Shown: piece by piece, positions 8,656 to 16,961 of the stretch
Numbering within the stretch: the stretch's first letter is position 1
Layout of the letters: each line of letters opens with the position of its first letter
Position numbers and translations under genes: made by a program
NCBI GenBank assembly: GCA_043753995.1
Contig: JAYUVP010000294.1
Location: 1 to 24,427 of the forward strand
Direction of reading: 5' to 3'
Length of the DNA: 24,427 bases
DNA from: Fibrobacterota bacterium
GTDB lineage: Bacteria > Fibrobacterota > Fibrobacteria > UBA11236
Notes under the pieces: model-generated
Seen by the model: only the letters and a program-made list of their open reading frames with translations
The model's database searches: none
Told to the model about the DNA's origin: nothing

Positions 8656-10265
8656 GGCGACTCAATTCGATAGAGCGCGAACGGGCCATGCTGAATCCAC
8701 GGCCGTGTCAAAGAGTCCGACATTCGCACGCTTCGTAAATCGACCAGGACGACTTGGGCTTGCCAGGCTTGTGCTAAAATCAAGAGTCCAGAGAGACCTT
8801 GCTCGTGAGTGGCCAGGTGAAGTTTTCGACTTTTGGCATCCCAGCGCAGCATGGCTGCTGCATCGGAATAAGGAAGAATGCCAGCATCCTTACCGCTATG
8901 CACCAGGGGTTGGCGGGAATGATATCGAATCGCGATTTCCTGGGACAGATCCCTGAACCAGGGTAATACCAAGGTTCCCGGGGGCATAGCCTTGAGGCTA
9001 TCGAGCACGGCGGCTAGCGAATCCAGTTCGGTCGCCTCTCTTTCCCTGTCGGCAGTCAAGGCGGGAGATGGCGGAAAACTCCAAGCAGGCATGGGATGCA
9101 GGACGAACCAGGTTCCGGTGAGGAAGGCAGCATAAAGCCAAGCGAATGGGCGGGCGCGCCCTTGGAACCGAGTCCCCGGCCACAACCAAAGAATTAAAAG
9201 CAAGGGAATCAGGTAACGTAGCCCGCGCACGAGATCGTATTCCAGGGGCATGCGCTGCCAATGCCGGAAGAGAGGCTGCTCGATTGCGGGTAACAGGGCC
9301 GATACTCCCAAAAGAGTGAGAGACCAGACGGCGAAAATCGTTAGGCGCTTGTCCCCTGGAGGGCGGAAGCGCCAAGCCAGCAGCAAACCCACCCCCCCCA
9401 CCAGCCAGGTGAGGCGATCGTATTTGAAACGGAAATCAAGCAAGGATCGAGGGATGTCCAAAAATCCGGCATCGAAGTGGCGGGCTATGGCAGCATGCAA
9501 AACTGCATAGTCAACAGTAGGGGTTTGCAAATGATTTCCGTAATAATTCCAAGTAAATGGTAGGGTCGGCAAAAGACCTGCGATGGCGCATACGGCGGCA
9601 GAAGTGAAGCGTTGCCTTCGTGACCAGGCGGAAGGATGAAGAAAGAGGGTGCTTATCCAAAAAGCCAAGCCCCAGGCCGGAGCACTCACCGGGTGGACAT
9701 AGAGGAGGCTCCCGAAAATCCCCGCTAGCCATGGCCAGAGGCGCGGCCTTTCTCGCGCCAGCACGGCGAGAGCGAGGGCGAAGGGCAATAAAGATTGGAA
9801 TGCCACGCGAGGAAGTGCATTGGGCCAGGCACCCCAGAATTCCCCATAGGGCAAGCCGAAAGGCGCTGCCGACGCTAGTCCCAGTGCCGCAGCGAGAGGA
9901 AAACGTTGGAAAAGCGCGAGGCCTAATAGGAAAAACCCCGCCATTTGCAAAGCCAGATGAAAACCGGCCGTCGCGATAAAAAAGGAGGCATAATCGCCAC
10001 GGTATTTTGCCCAGGCGCGCAAGATGGGAAAATGCACAGTCCGGTAAAAGCGAAAGTATTCAGGATGACCGAGCAAGGCGTCACGGCGGAATTTTTCGGG
10101 ATGATCGAGGGAGGCGACAAAGGAAGAAATATTTCCTGCATCGCTTCCGACCAAGGCGGGTCGCGCCGAATCCCCGTGAAATTGCTGCTGATAGCGATGG
10201 GCCAAGCAAACGAATAGGCATAGCCAAAGCGCGACCGCTCCCCAAAACGCAATTGATTTTGGCAT
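8652..10265 (-). CDS. Polytopic membrane protein, probable GT-C fold glycosyltransferase
   Basis: One N-terminal TM, an Asp-containing loop (SDAGN...HPEKFRRD), many TMs, a RYLIPL motif and a soluble C-terminal domain. ATG 10265 lies 5 nt after the asnB stop. The GT-C call is inferred from topology and context. Confidence 0.6.
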   Translation of the reverse strand: MPKSIAFWGAVALWLCLFVCLAHRYQQQFHGDSARPALVGSDAGNISSFVASLDHPEKFRRDALLGHPEYFRFYRTVHFPILRAWAKYRGDYASFFIATAGFHLALQMAGFFLLGLALFQRFPLAAALGLASAAPFGLPYGEFWGAWPNALPRVAFQSLLPFALALAVLARERPRLWPWLAGIFGSLLYVHPVSAPAWGLAFWISTLFLHPSAWSRRQRFTSAAVCAIAGLLPTLPFTWNYYGNHLQTPTVDYAVLHAAIARHFDAGFLDIPRSLLDFRFKYDRLTWLVGGVGLLLAWRFRPPGDKRLTIFAVWSLTLLGVSALLPAIEQPLFRHWQRMPLEYDLVRGLRYLIPLLLILWLWPGTRFQGRARPFAWLYAAFLTGTWFVLHPMPAWSFPPSPALTADREREATELDSLAAVLDSLKAMPPGTLVLPWFRDLSQEIAIRYHSRQPLVHSGKDAGILPYSDAAAMLRWDAKSRKLHLATHEQGLSGLLILAQAWQAQVVLVDLRSVRMSDSLTRPWIQHGPFALYRIESP

Positions 10266-10270
10266 GGGCG

Positions 10271-12172
10271 TCAGGGGGGTGACAGTTCCCTCCCGCTGAG
10301 GAAAAGATCCCACCAAAGCTTCAAGCTCAATAGGCCCCACAGGGAGTGGCTGTGATCGCGCCGGCCAGAAAGGTGATCGTGCACACGGCGGCTGACTTCT
10401 TTTCCGTCGAGAAAGCCGAGGGGTTTCAGCGAAGTCTCGTTCAAATGATCCCCTAAAAAGGATTTCATATCACCACGCAGCCATTGCGCCATGGGCATAT
10501 TGAATCCGCGTTTGGGCCCCGCCTCCATTCCCTCAGGCAACTTTCCGCGTAGGAAACGGCGCAATAACCATTTCCCTTTTCCCCGTCGGAGTTTGAATTG
10601 CGAAGGCACCTGTCCCAGCCATTCCACCAGGCGATAATCGAGAAAGGGCGTGCGAATTTCCAAGCCATGGGCCATGCCCATGCGATCGGCCTTGACCAGC
10701 ATATCCGAGGGCAAATACAAGCGGGTGTCCACAGCCAAGAGGCGCGCCAGCGGATCGGTGGTGGTGATTTTGGCATACAAGTCACCGAATAAATCGAGGG
10801 CGTCGGCCTTGACCTGAGAATGCTTGGAAAGCGGAGCCAGTAATTTCGCCCGCGCGGCGGAATCGTGTATGAGACGCCAAGCTCCGGGGACTCGGGCTGG
10901 ATCAATATCCAAGCTGGCGAGAAAGCGTCGGGCTTTTTCATCCCAGGCCACCTTGCCTCCAGTTTCCGGCAATAGGGCTTCCAACCCTTTCGCGGCCCAC
11001 TGCCGCAGGGGATTAGGCACGCGGCGCGCTAGCCCGTGCAGGAAAAAGGCGGGATAGGTGGGATAGCCGGCGAGTATTTCATCGGCGCCATCGCCGGACA
11101 ATGCCACCACCACCTTTTTCCGTGCCATGGCCGACAATTGATAAACGCCCAGCATGGAAGAATCCGCCGTCGGTTCTTCCGCATGCCATACCAACTTGGG
11201 AAGAAAATCCGCATGTTGGTCCGTGAGTTCGGTATCGAAGTGTTCACTTTTCAAATGATCCGCAATGCGACGCGCCCGAGGCCTTTCGTCGAAGCGGGCG
11301 TCCTTGAATCCCACGGAAAATGTTTTGACCTGGCTTTGAACCCGCGAAGCGGCCCAGGTTATGGCGCTGGAGTCCACGCCGCCGCTGAGAAAACAGCCGA
11401 CGGGAACGTCGGCTAGCATGCGTAAATTCACGGCATCGCCGAAGCGATCGGCAAATCCCTGCAAGGCTTCGGCTTCGGACATGGGCCTGGGATCGGGCTG
11501 CCATTCCCAATAGGTTTTTGTGGTGACTCGTCCATCGGCATGCAGGCGCATATGGGTGCCAGGCATGAGTTGTCGCACCGATTGGAAAAGTGTGAAGGGT
11601 ATTGGCAAATAGTTCATGGCGAGGTAATAGGCCAAGGCTTGGACATCGAGTTCGCGCTTTACTTGCGGATGGCGCAAGACGGCCTTGATTTCCGAGGCGA
11701 AAACCAAGGCCCTATCATTGAGGGAAAAAAAAAGCGGCTTCACGCCCAAGCGATCGCGAGCCAACCAAAGGCTTTTATCCCGGCTGTCCCAAAGGGCGAA
11801 GGCGAACATGCCGTTGAAGTGCGAAAGGCATTCCTCGCCCCATTCGGCATAGGCATGCAAAATCACCTCGGTGTCGGTCTGGGAGTGGAAAGCATGCCCC
11901 TTATCCTTCAATTCGCGACGCAAATCACGAAAATTGAATATTTCCCCGTTGAAGGTGATGGCCAAGCCCCGCTCCCGCCAAATCATGGGCTGGGACCCTT
12001 CGGGGGTGGGATCCACTACGGCCAAACGTCTATGGCCAAGTCCAACCCAGCCTTCCAAAAATTGTCCCTGTCCGTCAGGCCCGCGATGAGCGAGCAAATC
12101 CGTCATGGATTGCAATAAGGAAATGTCGACGGTTTGGCGATGGAAATTAAGGATACCGGCAATGCCGCACAT
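10271..12172 (-). CDS. asnB: Asparagine synthase-like glutamine amidotransferase, probably glycan-amidating
   Basis: MCGIAG (Ntn Cys2), HRGPD, FNGEIFN, LSGGVDSS, SGDGADE, RTPFLD. TGATG coupling to the GT2 gene. Confidence 0.93.
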   Translation of the reverse strand: MCGIAGILNFHRQTVDISLLQSMTDLLAHRGPDGQGQFLEGWVGLGHRRLAVVDPTPEGSQPMIWRERGLAITFNGEIFNFRDLRRELKDKGHAFHSQTDTEVILHAYAEWGEECLSHFNGMFAFALWDSRDKSLWLARDRLGVKPLFFSLNDRALVFASEIKAVLRHPQVKRELDVQALAYYLAMNYLPIPFTLFQSVRQLMPGTHMRLHADGRVTTKTYWEWQPDPRPMSEAEALQGFADRFGDAVNLRMLADVPVGCFLSGGVDSSAITWAASRVQSQVKTFSVGFKDARFDERPRARRIADHLKSEHFDTELTDQHADFLPKLVWHAEEPTADSSMLGVYQLSAMARKKVVVALSGDGADEILAGYPTYPAFFLHGLARRVPNPLRQWAAKGLEALLPETGGKVAWDEKARRFLASLDIDPARVPGAWRLIHDSAARAKLLAPLSKHSQVKADALDLFGDLYAKITTTDPLARLLAVDTRLYLPSDMLVKADRMGMAHGLEIRTPFLDYRLVEWLGQVPSQFKLRRGKGKWLLRRFLRGKLPEGMEAGPKRGFNMPMAQWLRGDMKSFLGDHLNETSLKPLGFLDGKEVSRRVHDHLSGRRDHSHSLWGLLSLKLWWDLFLSGRELSPP

Positions 12173-13128
12173 CACTCAAACCGTTCAAGGCGAAGCTGGC
12201 TGATTTGATCGCAAATCATGCCCAAGCCGAAAAGAAGAATCGCCGTGACAAAAGCTAAAAGCGATCCTACGCTCACGCCATGACCCAGGAGCACATAGGG
12301 AAGGCTCCAAAGGAGACCCAAGAGGGTGAAGGCCAGGCTGGATGGAATGAAAACCCGCAGGGGATTAAAAAGGCTCGCCAGGCGAAGTAGCAACATGAGG
12401 GTATCGAGACCGGTACTGACGGTCACCGTGCTATGACCCTGTCTCGGCGCGACTACTATGGGTACATATTCCACCGAAAAGCCTCGACTCAGAAAGGCCA
12501 TGGTAATGGTAGATGTGAAGGAAAAACCATTAGGGCATATGTGCATGTATTTGGTCACGCTTTCCTTGCGAAAAAGTCGAAAACCGGAATTCAAATCGGG
12601 AATGCGGCGTTTCACCAAATGATTCGCCACGCGCGTTAGCAACCACTTGCCCGGCATGCGCCATAGCGGTGAATGAAATAGACCTTGGCGTGCGCCCACC
12701 ACCATGTCGAATCGCTCGTCTTGTTCCCACAAACGCCAAATATCCGCAGGGGAATGTTGGCCTTCGGCATCCATAATGAGCACATAAGGTGTTTTGGCTG
12801 CACGTATTCCAGACTTGAGTGAGGCACCATACCCGCGATTGCCGGGATGTTGAATGACCGTGAGTCCGGCTGCTTTGGCCAATGCGCCGGTGGTGTCCTT
12901 CGATCCGTCATCCACGAGAATGATTTCATGAACGCGATGCTGGCAATGCTCGCGTAGTTTTTCCAAAACACCGGGTAAGCCGCTCTCTTCATTGTATGCG
13001 GGTATCACTATGGTCAAATCGCGCCTGGAATCGCGAGTTTGCGTGGCATTGTCAATTGGGGCCGAAGCCCAATCCTGGGCCGCTGGATGGAGTCCCGCCT
13101 TGGATTTTGGTGATTTGAGGAGGCTCAT
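12172..13128 (-). CDS. GT2 polyprenyl-phosphate glycosyltransferase (DPM1/GtrB/ArnC-like)
   Basis: IPAYNEE, VDDGSKD, NRGYGAS, MDAEGQH, DLNSGFRLF and two C-terminal TM helices. Confidence 0.92.
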   Translation of the reverse strand: MSLLKSPKSKAGLHPAAQDWASAPIDNATQTRDSRRDLTIVIPAYNEESGLPGVLEKLREHCQHRVHEIILVDDGSKDTTGALAKAAGLTVIQHPGNRGYGASLKSGIRAAKTPYVLIMDAEGQHSPADIWRLWEQDERFDMVVGARQGLFHSPLWRMPGKWLLTRVANHLVKRRIPDLNSGFRLFRKESVTKYMHICPNGFSFTSTITMAFLSRGFSVEYVPIVVAPRQGHSTVTVSTGLDTLMLLLRLASLFNPLRVFIPSSLAFTLLGLLWSLPYVLLGHGVSVGSLLAFVTAILLFGLGMICDQISQLRLERFE

Positions 13129-13137
13129 GTTGAGACA

Positions 13138-13167
13138 AGTATCTCATGCCGGTTTGGCGGGGGTCAA
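13138..13167 (-). promoter_or_regulatory. Putative promoter of the GT2-asnB-GT-C-flippase operon
   Basis: Minus strand TTGACC (13167-13162), 18 nt, GATACT (13143-13138) preceded by TGn. The ATG is 9 nt downstream. Confidence 0.45.
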
Positions 13168-13168
13168 T

Positions 13169-13197
13169 TTGACAGCATTCATCGCCAATAGGATAAT
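13169..13197 (+). promoter_or_regulatory. Putative promoter of the YIDPG / NoeA-like / sulfatase-like operon
   Basis: TTGACA (13169-13174), 17 nt, GATAAT (13192-13197). Confidence 0.6.
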
Positions 13198-13234
13198 CTC
13201 AGTAGCTTCCCTAGGGAATTTTGAGGGGTTTATC

Positions 13235-13468
13235 ATGTGGCGACTGGTTGTGCTTTTCATAATATTCGCTGTTCTTCCGGCCCAAGCCTATATCGACCCA
13301 GGGGTGGGTAGCTCGTTATTTCAAGCGGCCTATGCCCTTGTTTTCGGGAGCGTGATGGCTTGGGTATTGCGACCCTGGTCCTTGCTGCGAGCCTGGTGGG
13401 AAAAGGTGCGAGCGGTCACCGTCAAGCCTCTCTCCGCCACCTCAAGCGACAATGCGTCGCAGGGCTGA
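13235..13468 (+). CDS. Small exported/membrane protein with YIDPG motif (77 aa)
   Basis: SD GAGGGG 13223-13228, ATG 13235. Signal peptide ending AQA, then YIDPGVGSS, a hydrophobic helix and a basic/Trp tail. The track's 12992 start overlaps the GT2 gene. Confidence 0.8.
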   Translation: MWRLVVLFIIFAVLPAQAYIDPGVGSSLFQAAYALVFGSVMAWVLRPWSLLRAWWEKVRAVTVKPLSATSSDNASQG

Positions 13469-14870
13469 TGTGGATTCTCCCTCACAAAGCGTGAATTCCA
13501 CTCTCGATTATAGTGATTCCCCCACCTATGCCGATCCCAATGGGCACCTATTTCGGCGCGAAGGCCGAATTTTTCGAACAATAAACCGCCATCGTGAAGC
13601 GTATTATCGACATTATTTTGACACCGGAAAAATTGCGCATTGGGTGGCGACGGCGCATTTAATCCCCACCCATAGGGTGGCGACCGAGGGTAGCGGCGAA
13701 GCTTCCTTATGCCTGGAGCATTTACGGCTGGAGCGCGTCAGCTATCCTTCAGAATGGTGTTTCGGCATGCTTAAGTCAGCGGCCTTGGCCACTCTGGACT
13801 TGGCTTTGGCCATAGGCGATGAAAACGCCATGTTGCAGGATGCCCATCCCTGGAATATTGTATTCGATGGGACGCGTCCCCTGTTTGTGGATTTCACATC
13901 AATCACGCCTGCAGAGGAAAGGCTTATTTGGCCGGCCTTAGGTCAATTTGAGGCCTCCTTCTTGAGGCCATTGCAAATCACGGCTTGGGGCCTTGGGCAA
14001 GCGGCCCGTGGATTAATGCTGCGTCCCCAGGTCGGCATTGAGGCGAAAACTTGGTGGGCCTTGGCGCCTTGGGCCTATCGTGTCCGCCATCCCGAAGTGA
14101 TGCTTCGCCGAAGCCTTGAGCATTGGCTGGCCAATCATCCCCGTGGATATCGTCAGGCCGCTTTTTGGGTGGAAACACGATCCCCCCTGGTCACGAAACC
14201 GTTACGTCGCCGTTACCTAGGTCGCTTGCGTTCGCAAGTGGAAAGCATTGCTCCGCCTAAGGCTACGGACAATTGGTCAAACTATTATCGTAGCCTTCCC
14301 ACCGGGGCCAATCCAGCCGTGAAGCTGGCCTATGTGCAAGCGGTTTTAGAAAAACTGAAGCCGGCGACACTCACCGATGTGGGCTGCAATGAGGGCGCCT
14401 TTTCACTGCTTGCGGCCCGCATGGGCATTTCGGTTTTGGCCTTGGATAGCAGTGAGGCCTGCATCGAAACTTTGTTTCACCAGGCGCAAAGCGAATCCTT
14501 GCCCTTACAGCCCTTGATCGCCGATATTCTCGCGCCCACACCACCGCACGGTTTTTTGAGCAACGAGTTTCCAGGATTGATGGAAAGGGCACGATCCGAA
14601 GTCGTGCTTTGCCTGGGTCTGATGCATCATTTGCATATCACTGGGCATCAGCCCTTTCATCGCATTGCCCGTTTATTGGCTGCCATGGCAGGAAAAGCGG
14701 CCATCGTTGAATATGTCGACTGCGAAGACGAAAATACCCTCCGCCTAGCCTTGCGGCCGCCCAGATATACCTTGGAACAATTCCTGGACGGCATGAAAAC
14801 GTCTTTCCGTGAGTTGGAGCTTTTACCTTCGGATCGGCCCACACGCCGATTGTTGCTATGCCGCTGTTGA
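13452..14870 (+). CDS. NoeA-like protein: kinase-like N-terminal domain plus C-terminal SAM methyltransferase
   Basis: YADPNG, SYPSEW, LQDAHPWNIVF and LFVDFTS, then WSNYY, DVGCNEG and LGLMHHL. Alternative GTG start at 13470. Confidence 0.82.
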   Translation: MRRRADVDSPSQSVNSTLDYSDSPTYADPNGHLFRREGRIFRTINRHREAYYRHYFDTGKIAHWVATAHLIPTHRVATEGSGEASLCLEHLRLERVSYPSEWCFGMLKSAALATLDLALAIGDENAMLQDAHPWNIVFDGTRPLFVDFTSITPAEERLIWPALGQFEASFLRPLQITAWGLGQAARGLMLRPQVGIEAKTWWALAPWAYRVRHPEVMLRRSLEHWLANHPRGYRQAAFWVETRSPLVTKPLRRRYLGRLRSQVESIAPPKATDNWSNYYRSLPTGANPAVKLAYVQAVLEKLKPATLTDVGCNEGAFSLLAARMGISVLALDSSEACIETLFHQAQSESLPLQPLIADILAPTPPHGFLSNEFPGLMERARSEVVLCLGLMHHLHITGHQPFHRIARLLAAMAGKAAIVEYVDCEDENTLRLALRPPRYTLEQFLDGMKTSFRELELLPSDRPTRRLLLCRC

Positions 14871-16717
14871 AAGAATTGCGGGTGCGCCCGAGTCATCGCC
14901 TCTGGGATTGCTTGGGTTCGATCTGGCTGATCTCCTTCGTCACCGCTTTGTTACCCCATGTTTTTGGCCGTGACACATGGCTTTTCCACACCGACGCCCT
15001 GACGCAAATGGTTTATCTGGGTTTGCTAACTGGGTTTTATTTCTTGGGTTGGGCGGCATTGAGCAGAATGCTTTTTGTCTGGCTTCCAGTCTATCGCGAA
15101 ATGGCGCGGCGCAAGGCCATGGCCATGGCCGGCGCGGCTTTTTTGGGTATTGTCTTTGTTTTTTCTTTTCGTCTTTGCTTTCCGCATGCACGCACTTCGG
15201 GCAATATCCGATCCGCCTTGTTTTACGGAAGTTGTTTTGGTTTGGCCTGCTTAGTCATGCTCGGGCATCCCAGGCGCGATTCTGTGCTGAGGCGAATGTT
15301 GGCCGTGGGGCGGTTCGGTTTGTTGATCTGGTTAGCTGGCCTGCCCTTGGCCTATGGCGCTCTCAAGTGGCACGAAAGCCCACGTACGGGACCTGCGGTG
15401 GTGGGGAAAAAGCAAGTCGTGCTTTTAGTGATAGACGGTATGCCTTCGCATTTGACTCACACCTTCAACCCGGATCATCCGGAACTTCTCCTCGACACCG
15501 TGTTTTCCGAAGGTCGGGTTTTCACCGGCGTGACCAGCCAGCATCCCTGGACCAATGCATGGTTCGGCTCCTTATATAGCGGACGACCGTATTGGCGGCT
15601 CGTGGACGAGAAAGCTCCTAAAAGCTCGCCGAATCTTTTTGCCATGCTTCAGACTTTCGGGGTTAAGGCGCGTTGGGTTGTTTTTCACCGCAATGGCATC
15701 CCCGAAGGCAGCGCGGCACGATTCGATCAATATCGTGGTTTGCGATCCACTTTTTTGGGGCCTTTCTGGGGCGATATACTGACCTTGCTTAGGCTCGATT
15801 ATCACGTCTTGGCGCCTGACGGGGACGGCAACAGCCTGTTTCAACGCAATACCGTGCGCCGATGGGTCTATGGTTGGTTGAATTCGCCGGCATCGCGTGC
15901 CGATCCATTACGGCAAATCTTACCTCAAGAGATGCGAAGGTTGCGGCACAGCGCCGATCGCTCGTTTTTACTCTATCACCTTCATTGGTCCATGGTAGGG
16001 GAAGAGGCCGATCCCGCCATGGCTTCGCATGATGCCGATTTAGCACAGGTGTTTCATCGCATTGCCGATCAGGATTATCGCTATGACCTATCCGATTCTC
16101 AAGCCGTAGCTGCGGTGCGAAGGGAGCGCCGAGCCATGACGCGTGACCTCGACAGCCTGGGTCGGGCGCTGAGGGGCTTTCTTCGTGATATGGATGCCGA
16201 CCAGGATTTAAGGGATGCCACGGTTTTGTTGACTGCCGATCACGGCACCTTGGCGGAGCGTGGCTTTCTTTGGTATGGGCGGCATGCGGAGGAGGAGGTC
16301 TTGCGGGTGCCTTGCGTCCTGTTGCGAGGTGCGAAGCCGGGCCGGGAACCGGGACGCTTTTCCACCTATGATTTGACGGCAACGCTTCTGGACCAACTCG
16401 ATGTGCACGCCGGTCTGGGGGCCGAGGGGAATTCCCTTTTGAAAAGTCACGGCCGAGACACCGTTTTTGCCCTGACCTTGCCTTCGCCGCAACATGAGGA
16501 ATGGTATCTCGTCGGTTACGTCGGCGACCAACGGTGGCGTTTCAATCTTTTCCCAGGGGCGCGGCCAATTTGGGACAGGCAGCGGGTTTTCCCCAATTTC
16601 CAAAGCCAGGTCGAGGACAGCGGCACAGGCTTTCCCCCAGATTGGCAGGGCTGGATTGAGCGCCAAATTCAGGAAAACGGCATAGAATCGCGCTTACATA
16701 GCACGGATTGGCTATAA
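14858..16717 (+). CDS. Membrane-anchored alkaline-phosphatase/sulfatase superfamily enzyme (LtaS/EptA-like architecture)
   Basis: About five N-terminal TMs, then VVLLVIDG, HPWT, LTADHG, YGRH, LRVP and STYDLTATLL. Confidence 0.78.
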   Translation: MPLLKELRVRPSHRLWDCLGSIWLISFVTALLPHVFGRDTWLFHTDALTQMVYLGLLTGFYFLGWAALSRMLFVWLPVYREMARRKAMAMAGAAFLGIVFVFSFRLCFPHARTSGNIRSALFYGSCFGLACLVMLGHPRRDSVLRRMLAVGRFGLLIWLAGLPLAYGALKWHESPRTGPAVVGKKQVVLLVIDGMPSHLTHTFNPDHPELLLDTVFSEGRVFTGVTSQHPWTNAWFGSLYSGRPYWRLVDEKAPKSSPNLFAMLQTFGVKARWVVFHRNGIPEGSAARFDQYRGLRSTFLGPFWGDILTLLRLDYHVLAPDGDGNSLFQRNTVRRWVYGWLNSPASRADPLRQILPQEMRRLRHSADRSFLLYHLHWSMVGEEADPAMASHDADLAQVFHRIADQDYRYDLSDSQAVAAVRRERRAMTRDLDSLGRALRGFLRDMDADQDLRDATVLLTADHGTLAERGFLWYGRHAEEEVLRVPCVLLRGAKPGREPGRFSTYDLTATLLDQLDVHAGLGAEGNSLLKSHGRDTVFALTLPSPQHEEWYLVGYVGDQRWRFNLFPGARPIWDRQRVFPNFQSQVEDSGTGFPPDWQGWIERQIQENGIESRLHSTDWL

Positions 16718-16771
16718 GGGAGTCAAACCAGAATGGAAACCGATTTTCTCATTCGCGTGAAATCGAAGTTG

Positions 16772-16780
16772 TGTTATACT
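16772..16780 (+). promoter_or_regulatory. Extended -10 promoter for the cimA leader
   Basis: TGtTATACT at 16772-16780. The leader ATG at 16790 is 9 nt downstream with no SD. Confidence 0.65.
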
Positions 16781-16789
16781 TGAATCAGC

Positions 16790-16852
16790 ATGAAATCCTT
16801 CGGCGGCAACCTGATTATTCGAATTATCCCCTTCTCCGGTAGGAGCGGATAG
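16790..16852 (+). CDS. Ile-rich attenuator leader peptide of cimA (20 aa)
   Basis: MKSFGGNLIIRIIPFSGRSG-TAG, with control codons ATT ATT CGA ATT ATC at 16814-16828. Confidence 0.85.
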   Translation: MKSFGGNLIIRIIPFSGRSG

Positions 16853-16879
16853 TCGAGGCGTTGTTTCGCCGCTAACGAC

Positions 16880-16914
16880 AAGCCCGCTCCTCACCGAGCG
16901 GGCTTTTTGTTTTT
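16880..16914 (+). terminator. Attenuator (intrinsic terminator) upstream of cimA
   Basis: AAGCCCGCTC-ctcacc-GAGCGGGCTT perfect 10-bp stem, followed by TTTGTTTTT. Confidence 0.9.
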
Positions 16915-16961
16915 GTACCGAATCCTGCCAAATGCTTTGAGTTAAACCTGACAGGTCCAAA

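Noticed and set aside
12992..13234. Long N-terminal extension of the YIDPG ORF
   Set aside because: Overlaps the GT2 gene and both promoters; SD and signal peptide support 13235.
10271..13468. Lasso peptide cluster (AsnB-like cyclase plus small precursor)
   Set aside because: AsnB keeps its glutaminase Cys2, no B protease or RRE is present, and the small protein has a Sec signal and TM helix rather than a lasso leader.
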